From Laetmonice hystrix (lineage: Eukaryota), in the NCBI GenBank assembly GCA_965235115.1, contig OZ249436.1:32552001-32616000 (forward strand): a stretch of DNA of 64,000 bases. Direction: 5' to 3'. Positions 25,601-35,900 of the stretch are shown here, piece by piece. The position numbers were made by a program, and so were the translations under genes. Below the pieces are notes generated by a model. That model was not told the DNA's origin, searched no databases, and saw only the letters and a program-made list of their open reading frames with translations. Each line of letters starts with the position of its first letter. The stretch's first letter is position 1.

Positions 25601-25938
25601 GAAAGAGGAACTTTTCTTACCTTGGGTCCTGTCATAAGGAAGTTGTTTAAAGACCTGAAATAGAAAAGGATTGCCTCCTCAGACTTTGCTTTGAACTCGA
25701 GGTATTAAATATAAAAGAATGCACGATATAGGATGCCAACAATTTAATGTTTATCCTTATTTAATAAGGACTATTAGACATTCTTCTTTGGAGTGTAATG
25801 TCGTATAGATAGTCCTTTCAGATATAAATATGTTCATAACACTTACAAGCTTTGGCCTTTCGTTGAGACCAGCGTGAGAGACAGATACAGTAACGATGAA
25901 GCCAAAATCTTAGACAGGTATCCAAGTAGCAAATCCAT
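16680..25938 (-). CDS. wnt8: Wnt8 ligand; exons 25938-25847, 25654-25621, 20514-20376, 19981-19856, 18265-18123, 17171-16680 (~341 aa)
   Basis: Signal peptide followed by the Wnt8-diagnostic [14 protein letters not shown], then [58 protein letters not shown] and [13 protein letters not shown]. All introns are GT-AG and phase-consistent. An alternative in-frame ATG lies at 25959. Confidence 0.95.
18363..18726. mobile_element. Tc1/mariner-type MITE in a Wnt8 intron
   Basis: TA|CAGGGTGTCT...AGACACCCTG|TA with extended internal inverted symmetry. Confidence 0.85.
19144..19707. mobile_element. Long-palindromic Tc1/mariner-type MITE in a Wnt8 intron
   Basis: Inverted arms (CTCAAAAATAGGCTG / CAGCCTATTTTTGAG; ATACCACTTGCGCCAAGTGAGACTA / TAGTCTCACTTGGCGCAAGTGGTAT); TA-rich ends; boundaries approximate. 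Confidence 0.75.
21269..21510. mobile_element. Dispersed MITE family A, copy 1
   Basis: TIR ~TCTCATTT[T/C]AATGACTCCAAAATGCAGACATGGGC; homologous to 37870-38164 and 47954-48214. Confidence 0.85.
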
Positions 25939-26164
25939 TTTCCCCGATTTTGGTAGCATCGGTTCCACAAATCAGTGTCACTTTAGGAAGACTACATCTC
26001 GAGTGTATTCCCGTACGATGAGACATTCAACGTATACTCCAGGCTTGATCAAAACCTACTCATCCAATCCATAGTCTTCGATTATAAATATTACAGCTGC
26101 GTCAGCGGGAAAGGTTTAGCCGACAGCGTCGGTTGTGTGGTTGTGTTTATATTATATCCGATGG

Positions 26165-26280
26165 TTGGCGTATATATATAGGGGGCCTATACGGGTATAG
26201 CGTTAATGTCGGCAGACAACCCCTGTACTGACGTCGCTGCGACCAGCCCCCGAACCAAGTGCGAGACGTCGACCAATTAG
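26165..26280 (-). promoter_or_regulatory. Putative Wnt8 core promoter
   Basis: TATATATATA at 26171-26180, ~230 bp upstream of the ATG; CCAAT at ~26273; TGACGTC (CRE-like) at ~26228 and ~26297. Confidence 0.5.
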
Positions 26281-28046
26281 AGCGCTGAAATGGAGATGAC
26301 GTCGGACGGAGTCCGAGCCCTCGACTGGCGATCTACATGGCGTTTTCATTCTCATCTTGAAACCTATACTGTACGGCCACTGTTATATATCTCTTGGGTA
26401 TATGTGAGAAAAATTATTTATTTTGTTAATCGTCTATAGTAGTGCTAGATATTGGGGAATTGTATCTATAGGCATAGGCTCTACAATAGATGAATTATAC
26501 GAACCGTTTCAACCCCAAAAGATATCAAGCTGGAACTTCCTATATCTTCGTCGCTTACCATGCATGTAGGCCTATATAACTACACCGCGAATGTGAATGG
26601 CACCTGAACAGATAGTTATATTCATGACATAAATTTTAACAAGAAAGACAATAAATGGAAACCCGAAGTAGGCTAAGAGTACGATGACATTCACAAAACA
26701 GAGACCCAAAAGAGCGCGATATTATGAGATGGGAGAGGGATTTTTAAGTTGACGCAGGAAACTTTCCAAGACTCTTCCCCCGCCATGTACACCCTTCCCT
26801 CGCCTATAAAAACAATATTTAAATTGGTATGGCGCAACAAAACGACGGCTGCTTGGTTCGTCTATCCCCACTCTATAGCGCATGCATTACAAGATGTCTG
26901 GGTGGCAGATCTACGTGAAGGTTCTGACAGAAAGTCTGTTGCATAGAAAGAGGCCCTACAAAATGTATATAATTTGCTAGAAAAAACTCTTAGATATCAG
27001 AATCCATTCTGCGATGAAACGGTAACGACTTTATTAAGCAAGAAGCACTTAAGGAAAGAAGAATTCAAACTTGTCAATGTCGTCTGCTGATACATGCCGA
27101 GGCCTGTACCACGACATCCTTGCCTATACAACACACCATTATCGGACACCAACGTATTATACAGTGTCCCAAACATCTCGCACCTTTTAATATGAAGATG
27201 GTAGCACAAAGATGATGGTCGCTATTTACACTTAAATATACATTTTGTTACACGTTATAAAAAAAGTTACTATAATTGTTCAATGTATTTACATGCTGTA
27301 TAAGAGTTCAATATAATACGTTTCTCTCATACTTCCATCATTGCATCACATATTTAAATCCCTTTCACTGAGTCTCCGTGTTCCCCTAGTGTTCTCCTTT
27401 GCTTTATACATGAGAAATATTCAGTCTAAGCCACTATACCCTGGCCACTACACATCCGTTCCATGAACTGGAAACTGTTAAAACTGGGATTACTGTAATA
27501 AAGCATAACGATTAACCGGTTGATCGCAGCCACTAGTCAATGTAATGAATATACTCAGTAAAGAAGTTAAGTTTTCACTTCTTGGAGCAAGAGTTCTGTA
27601 AATATGATTCAAATATTCTAAGCTTTCCCGATATCAAAATCGTATACTAGCGACTCCATCACTCGGAAGCTGAGTAGAGAAAGCATACTATCCATGTTTT
27701 TAAAGTTGACCACAATTTTTACATAAACATCTTAGCAGCGCCATCTTAAATTGGACTGGAAAATATATCCGTAAATTAACACATAGACGGAACCAACCTA
27801 TATACTAAAAGATAACACGATACGTTCATGATTTCTACTCAAATCACAAGCGCTAACATTGTCCCATGCGGGTATACTCTCAAACTCCATGCACTAAAAT
27901 ATTCACAACACAATGGAACGATGGCGACGTTCTCTTGTTGTGAGGGTTAATAGTTGGATAATTATTCCTTCAACCATCGATTGCCTATGTATATGAATAC
28001 GTTGCCATTTGGTCTGGTAAAGCCCTCAACTATAGGACGAGCGGTA

Positions 28047-28430
28047 TCCAGGTTATCATACAGACGGGGGATGGGGGGAGATAAATCCCCTGCATAACTT
28101 CGACAAGGGGGACCTCCCCCGCAATCAATGCACATAGCAACCTTTTTTTAAATAACATTTTTTTTTAGCTCTAAACTGGATATTTTCACGCAGGCGCAGT
28201 TGGCCTATGATATAAAATCTTATCAATCCTCCCTTACGATGTTCAATATTTTCAAAAGTATACATTGAGTTTTATGTATAGGGTAATGTTCTATGTGAAT
28301 CTCATGCTGATTTTCTATGTACATGTAGCCTATCACGCATAAAAATGATGGAATTTCGTTGATAGATTTGGGAGAAATTTTTGCTCTGAGATGCTCAGAA
28401 AAGGCGTCTCCGGCATTCCTGGAAAAAATC
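28047..28430 (+). repeat. Dispersed repeat family B, copy 1
   Basis: Shares blocks ATAAATCCCCTGCATAACTT, TTATCAATCCTCCCTTA, AAAAATGATGGAATTTCGTTGATAGATTTGGG and TTTTGCTCTGAGATGCTCAGAAAA with 52802-53110. Confidence 0.85.
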
Positions 28431-29748
28431 TGAATTTGGCAGTAAGGACATAAAACTAAACTGGCTATAATGTATGTTTCAAATACCAATTCCGTCCGAA
28501 TTGGAAGGAATAAAGCTTTCAGTTGACCACCAGAAGCAATTCCAACGTATTCATTAACATAAAAGGCTACAACTGAAATATTAGTTGCATTTGACGGTTC
28601 GTTGGATATATTTCATGCCTCTTAACGGGATGCGTAATGAAAAAAATACCACAAAGTTCCATTTGGCGATTTTTCCCACCAAAACCATAAAGACCTGGAT
28701 ATAATAATAATAACATCCATAGAATATATTGTCATTATAATCAGTGATTTTGCAATAACCCGAGTTGAAATTACCATTTCCTCTGCTATGGCATACGCAT
28801 ACGCAGTGAAAACACGACCGTCAGCCTGTTTCACAATATACCATTTTAATACATTTATTTTAAACTGCAGTAGCCTACCTAATTCAGTTTATTAACAACA
28901 TCTAAAGTAGGCATACATCAGACATTCAATTAATAAAGAAATAGGGCCCAGCCGCAGAAGTATCACAACAGAATTGACAAGCACGTTAACTTTGGTGCTT
29001 CCCATTCGCTATCAATACGAGGCTGTTGTAAAGTCGCTCTGCGAAACAGTCTATAATCTGAAAGGTTTATCTGTTCTAATTGAACGCAAATAATGCACAA
29101 CAGGGTAAAATATAGTTGAATGTCATTATATGATAAAGGAAGCTCATAAGTATAAAGAGTCAAGCCCCTCTCAAAACGTCTTTCCAACCGTCACATATAG
29201 GCAACCCCATGGGGGGGGGGGGGGCTATACATGTAAGAGGTAGTTTAACCAACGGTTCCCAAAGGAAACTTCAGGTCAATATTTCTAAAGACCCAAAGCT
29301 GGCGAAAAGTTTACAGATATACTATTCCATATTTGCCCCCCCCCCCACCCGATATTTAAGTCTGCTATACTCTATACCGCAGTATACGGGATTATTTTAT
29401 AATACGGCTATCATGCGTATGGTACACTCAGAATACAGTTTGTTTGGCCTTATAGATGCTGAATGGTCGCAGAATACCAAGTTCAATAATGATTAAGGTC
29501 ATAAATACATGTATGTATATGTTAATCGGTATGTAGGTAGATACATACGTCCGTTTATAAGATTACGAAGTACATGTCAGGTCCGACAAACCGTGTGGGA
29601 GAGGTGAGATGGCAAAACTTACTGCGAAGTATCAAGTCATGAGAGGTCTTTCTGGCATAAATAGAGATCTAGGGCTATACTTTAAAAATCTCAGTTATTG
29701 TGCATATCCAAGCCGGTAAAAGTTTGACCAGAAATAACCGGCCAAAAG

Positions 29749-30855
29749 CTAATCCCACTTCAAAACCAATTCGTCTCCTGCCATCTTAAGTGTGCTATTG
29801 ATACATTCCCGTTGTAGGGTTTTACAGAGCCAAAGAACATCGTCCCTGGATGCCTTGTTCACCCGAAGTTTCTTGGTTTGTGTTGGTACCAGAGTAACAT
29901 CCACCAAATGACCATCACTGGGATCGAGGCTGACAAAGTACATGAGGGCAAGATCTCCCCGATACTCCTCTTCACCACCAATACCCTCATAATCGTTCAG
30001 AAAGTCTCCACATCCGTACATAATCAGCTTGCCGTTATATATTTCTAACGCTTTAGCATGATGGGAGGAGTGGCCATAAACAACGTCAACGTGAGCTTTG
30101 TTGATGAGGGCCTGGGCGAATTTCCTAAACATTGGGTCTATTTCGTAGCCCCAGTTACTGCCCCAGTGGATTGAATACACGACCACGTCGTTGTGTTTCC
30201 TCTCGGCCTTGAGGCGTTCTTTGAGCTGACTGACCACCTTGCTGGAGAGTTCCAACACGTTGATACCACACCTATCAGATGCTGCCTGCCATTCATGTGG
30301 AACGCCGCTCGAGGTATGACCCCCCGCGAAGAGGAGCACGCGACCCTTTCCCGCCACTGGTAAAATGGTCGCGGAGCAGGCGACGTCACGACTCCGTCCG
30401 GCGCCTGCGTATTTGATATCGGCTTTCTCTAGCGTTTCTAATGTCTCCAAGAGTCCCTCAAAACCCCAATCTGCCGTGTGGTTGTTAGCCAGAACGCAAC
30501 AACTTATCTTCGCGGCTTTCAGAACTTCCGCGTTTCCCGGGTGCATCCGATAGTGAATGCCTTTCATTGGCCAGGCATTGTTACACGTAGTCACAGCATT
30601 CTCTAGATTTATAATACGCAAATCAGGGTTCTTTTCGGCAAGGATCTGTAGAGCATCACCCCACACATAGTCAACTGGCCTTTCCTCCTTAGGAGGTAAC
30701 TGCCCGTTCTGAATCACTGCAAGTCGCACATAGTCATGAGCATTCAGACCGTTTCCTTCGTGCAGCCTAGGATCGCATGAATAGTTGTTGATCATGTCGA
30801 TTCCACGAGCCATCATTACATCTCCACAGAGGAACAAAGTGATCGGTTCAGCCAT
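29749..30855 (-). CDS. CapA/PGA_cap family (poly-gamma-glutamate synthesis accessory, metallophosphoesterase fold) protein, 368 aa, intronless CDS
   Basis: Motifs GDVM, INLE, LANNHxxDWG, SIHWG, GHSSHH and YGCGDFLNDYEGI. A polypyrimidine tract plus AG acceptor lies 7 nt upstream of the ATG (30863-30864), implying a 5'-UTR intron. Confidence 0.92.
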   Translation of the reverse strand: MAEPITLFLCGDVMMARGIDMINNYSCDPRLHEGNGLNAHDYVRLAVIQNGQLPPKEERPVDYVWGDALQILAEKNPDLRIINLENAVTTCNNAWPMKGIHYRMHPGNAEVLKAAKISCCVLANNHTADWGFEGLLETLETLEKADIKYAGAGRSRDVACSATILPVAGKGRVLLFAGGHTSSGVPHEWQAASDRCGINVLELSSKVVSQLKERLKAERKHNDVVVYSIHWGSNWGYEIDPMFRKFAQALINKAHVDVVYGHSSHHAKALEIYNGKLIMYGCGDFLNDYEGIGGEEEYRGDLALMYFVSLDPSDGHLVDVTLVPTQTKKLRVNKASRDDVLWLCKTLQRECINSTLKMAGDELVLKWD

Positions 30856-32920
30856 GTTAACCCTAGAAAAGAAATAAAGAAATACATAAAAGTAATTATA
30901 TCCATATTCTTAGTTTTGATGCCCGCAATATAAAATTGCACCAGACATTTTGTCAGGCAATGATATGTCTTCTTTACCAAAAATATTGTATACATTTTGT
31001 ATGCAAATTACTCCTAGGCCGAAGTTCAGCTACTATCCCCAGGTTTCTATTTCATACGCCGCAAAAACTGCCAACTTTATCTCAGTGTTATATTTACTTT
31101 GTGGGAACACAGGGTAGGTGGAAAGAAGAAAATTTTCGGATCGAGGTGGATAAATATGGGTCACCCTGTAAATATAGACGTACATGTCCTCCACAGTCTG
31201 GCAAAGCAGGAGAAAAGGCTGCAGTGTACCGTATAGCAAGTAGGCCTAATGGCAGTGGGAAACGGAGACAAGTTGAACGTTGTCGATATGTTGCTTCTTA
31301 AAATGCCAATATTTTAAATGTCAACTTGTAAGGTAGAGAGAACATAACTCCCTGCTAACTTCATTAATATATTGATGGACATACCTGGGGGATTTATACC
31401 ATTTTTTCAATACCTTTGAACACTTTCACTCTGGCTTTGAAAAAGGGTGAAGGGGACATTCCTTCTCATCTATGCCTATGCACGAGAGGGTCAGTGTGAA
31501 AGATATTTAGTACGGTACTGTAGTGTAAATAGGCCTACTGCAACAGTGCAATACTGCCAGCAATAGGCAAGCTTAGCAAGCTCTACCTCCATGAACTTGC
31601 CAAGGGCAAGGACTGGCTGAGGCTTACTACGTAAGCTATAGACTAGGGTGGCTCCGAGTCTGTTTTACCAGCATTTCATACTGAAATCTTCCATGTAGGC
31701 CTATATAATATTATTGGCTATGTATGAAAATATCTTCCTAAAATGTCATATTTGGCGTCTGGAAACCCTTTTAATTTACCACTGATTTTTGTTTTGCTCC
31801 AAAAATGGCCTGCGCCTCCCGCGGTTTATAGTACACGAACGCGACTTAACCCAGTACATGGAGGACTGCGGTAGTCTCAGCCCCTGAAGCAGTGTCCAAG
31901 CAACTTAAATTAGGCAAAGCCAAGTGCAAGGCGACAGAATCCACTCCGAGACCGAGTCCGAGCCTTCACCATGTTTCAAGCCAAGGCCATAAATTGGAGG
32001 TACCCGTAAAAATGTAGGGATTCTTTGTCGGGGCTAGACTTCGCTTTCGGATCACGCACCGTAAATTCGTAATTGTGCCACTGTAAGAACGAAGTGCCGT
32101 AAGTAATAACACCTGTGCTGTGGTAATAACCTCCGAAACTGGTGAAAGGCCCGTTGGCCGCTGGCGTTGACGTTGTTCACTGAACTTGTTGACTTCGCTT
32201 GTCCCGACAAAACTCTACACTCACTGAGTGTACACTGCCACTGCCAACCAAATCTCAAAAGTCTTCCACTGAGGAGACTCCTCATTACAAAGACATGTCT
32301 GTTTGGCTTAAACTTAAAGTATAATACGGCCTGTCACTCATGTTTTGTTTAAAGAATAACCCGAAAAGTTTATGACCATCATTTTGTTCACAACCTTGAC
32401 CTTCCCGTCTGAAAATGGCAAAAATAACAGCGACTAATTGGTTAGAGATACATGAATCCGTTCACGAAAACTACGACGACTCCAGCACGTGGCGCCGTCT
32501 TGCGGTTCGTAGAAGACTGATTGTTTGCTTCAAACCCTTGGCCAACAGTGAGTTCTCTGGAAAGAGATCAAGCCTACACTACAAAAAAAGACTGGAATAT
32601 CTCTTCTGTCTACCACTTAAGGATCATAATTAAATGCACCATAACTTACATAAGTGCATAACTTGCAAAAGATGGTACAACACGGCCAAAGATACAGCTT
32701 AAAGTAGGGTTAATAAAAAACCAAAGGAGTAGGCCTAGTTCACACGGTAGTGGCGCCACCATAAAATTGCACTAGTGCGCCATCTCGTGTCGTAGGTAGG
32801 GAAATATCAACAGTTCCCGGGAAATTGAGAGAAAGTCAAAACTTAAGAATAGACCAGCCTAGTTAGGGATGCGATTACTTCATGTTGTAGTTCAGCCGAA
32901 GTGGAAAGAAACTGTCTGCG

Positions 32921-35900
32921 ATGTCCAGTAGCCCTACAGACCGAAAGATCGGCACCAAGCATGAGGGCGGCTTTAGGTTGAGCAAGGATTCCTTTTATGG
33001 CGGGAAAAAGTGAGTGGACGGGACATGCAAGCCTGGCAGGGCCAGAGTCAGAGATATAGCCTACGATAAATTTGTTCAGTTTATTGATTTCGCAGTTTAC
33101 ATGGTTTAGTGATCCAAAGGCATTTAAAGTAACTCCGTACGTTACTGCCCTAATGAAAGTGAACCGATTTCAAGTGGTGTTTTTTAAAGAAATGGGGGGG
33201 GGGGGGCAATTAAGAGGGGGGCAAATCAAATGCCCCCCAGAAATTTAGCTTGCCCCCCCCCCCAGTGTAAAAATGGGCTATAAAGATCAAAGCGTACGAC
33301 ATATATATATACCCGAGTGTCTGTTTGTCCCCACTTTGCCCCTGGGGATTTTTAGGTCCGGCGCCGCCCATGATTTTAACATTTTGCCCCCCCCGAACTT
33401 AAAGTGATAGACTAGATAATGCGGCCCAGATAAGCGGGGAGGTCATGACATTGAGAGCCGTCTGAAAAGTTTCAGGCATATAATGTGTGATCATTTAATT
33501 TATATAAAGCCACCTGTCAGCTTCCATGCTAGACGGAGTATCGGAGTATATGTGAGAGGCTACTTCCATGCATGCTGTCTGCCCTGTCAGGGTAACAGAT
33601 TTGTGACTTCACATGGGTGGGCCCAGAGCTCAGTATTCTATAGGCCTATATCAGAGTTGAGTAGGGCAGGGGTCGAGTGGGGTCAAGGGATCGAGTGGGG
33701 GTTTCAGATTCCTGGATGATTGAAGATGGGGGGGGGGGGGGGGGGGGAGAGGGATCTGAAAAAAACGATTTTTAAAGTTCCCGCAAGTTCCCGGGGAAAA
33801 CTTGAATAAGGGGGAACTTGAAATTGTTACAGCGGGGCAAGGCTATCCCACAGTTTTCTAAGCAGTGAAACCACCGGGGTTTACGGTTTACCCCTCAGCG
33901 CCTCCACCTCTCTGGATTCCCTTTTTTCCATTATGATTCCGACTGTGCCCCCCTAGGCCACCCCCTCCTGACTGTGCCCACCCCCCCCACCCCCCCAGGA
34001 CACCCCTTCTGGAGCTGCCCCTTAATTATCCCATCCCCTACAGGGGGATGGGATCTTCAGATTGTACGGTTTCGTCTTCCCTATTATTATTCTTTGCGTC
34101 GTAGTAGTAGTAGTAGTAGTAGTAAACAGTGGCGTCTATCTCAGTCAGTTTTCAAGATATCTGAATCAAATTTGGCACACATCTTGACCATGACAAGGAC
34201 TGGTCAGACAATGAGTTGTGACATATCACGTGACGTGACGTATGACGTCACGTCATGACGTTCATATTGGGAATTTCCAAACCCCATCATGGCGTTTTAA
34301 TCAGGCAAGGGTCTAGTCTAACATGGACCCTTCATTTGTCATTTGACCTTGAACTTTGGGAGAACTGGGTCCTCAGTCACAAATCTCTTAAATCGCTACT
34401 CCTTCTTCATTTTTTGGTGAAATTCGACAATATTAGGCAGGAGGACTCTCTAACATGAGCTTGTCTCAAATCATCAAAAGATAAGCGATTTTCCTAATAT
34501 TCACTGAATCACGTGACTTTGAAATTTCGAACAATTTTTAATTTTCTAGAACTTGTAAACGGTGCCAGATATGGCATTGGTTACTATTAAACACAGATAA
34601 GAAGTCATATATGCTCTTTTATGATACATTTTTTTCAGGTCACGTGACCATTTTTAAAAATTAGAGGGAAAAAACAAAAACAAAAAGAAACGTGACTCGG
34701 CCTGGGATTGAACGCGGGACCCTTCCGGTAGAAGTCCAAAAAAATAGGTGACTCGGCCTGGGATTGAACCGGCGACCCATAGCATATGAGTCAAGACACT
34801 TATCGCCAGTGCTACGCCATCTGACAAGCTAATACTGGATTGAACTGGTACTGATTACCACAGCCAGTGAACCTATATTTTGTGAGGGCTATAACTTGCT
34901 ATCACTTGGTATTGTCATCCTTAAGGTCACGTGACCTGTGACGTCGTAAAGATGTCATCGATATGTTCTAAGGGATATAACTTGTTAATGCTTGAAGTTA
35001 GACCCATAGTTACTATTGAACACGAATAGGAAGTCATGTATACTCTTTCGTTTGGCATCATTATTTCTTAGGTCACGTGACCCATGACATAACGATGTCA
35101 TCGATATTTTCTCAGGGTTTTAACTTGTAAATGGTAGGAGTTAGACCCATAGTTAGTATTGAATATAAACAGGAAGTCCTCATTATGTTCTTTCAATTGA
35201 CACCAAGATTTATTCTATTGTGTGATCTATTACATCCTTATGACGTAACTGAGCCCTTCTAAGGATTGGTAGAAGCCTGTAACTAGTAAACGGTGCTAGA
35301 TACACCTATAGTTATTTTTGAACATGAACAGGAAGTCCATTGAGATCAATATTTATGATGTAGCATAAGGTCATAATGACGTAACTTCCATCTTCTAAGG
35401 CTCATAAGTCGTCACGGGTGCAAGATAGTACCATAGTTATCCCTATTCAGAACATGTTACATGGGACACCCCGGGGATGGGATCCATTGTGGTACTCCAC
35501 AACGTATCTAGTTATTATAGGTCCCCTGCCAAGAGTTCTGGCATGTGTACCCCTTGGTTTGGCTATATGTTCTCAACCAGACTTCATTTGCAGTTCCCTA
35601 GCAAGCAGACAAGTAGATCGATGGAATCCATTAATGTTCTTGACCCATAATGTAAAAATCTTCCTTTTCTAACGACCATGCATCAACTTTGCATCCCTGT
35701 ATGTGCTGTGGCTGTAGTTGCTAATTAAGTTAGTAGGCCTATATAGCTGCCGGAACAAGTTGCCTGACTAACTTTGAAACTGAAACTTACATTAAATGTA
35801 CGTAACATGCAAACATGATTTGCAGGTTGAAAATTGTACCTGTCCAAGTGCGTGTGGAGCGACAGGTTCAGCAAATCCATGAGAAACTAGTTCCTCTTCC

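Noticed and set aside
32415..32633. 72-aa ORF upstream of PRIMPOL
   Set aside because: No recognisable motifs or splice connection; lies in the promoter region and is probably a chance ORF.
34747..34815. Functional tRNA gene
   Set aside because: Acceptor and anticodon stems do not pair well, and it is duplicated inside a repeat. Treated as a SINE-like fragment.
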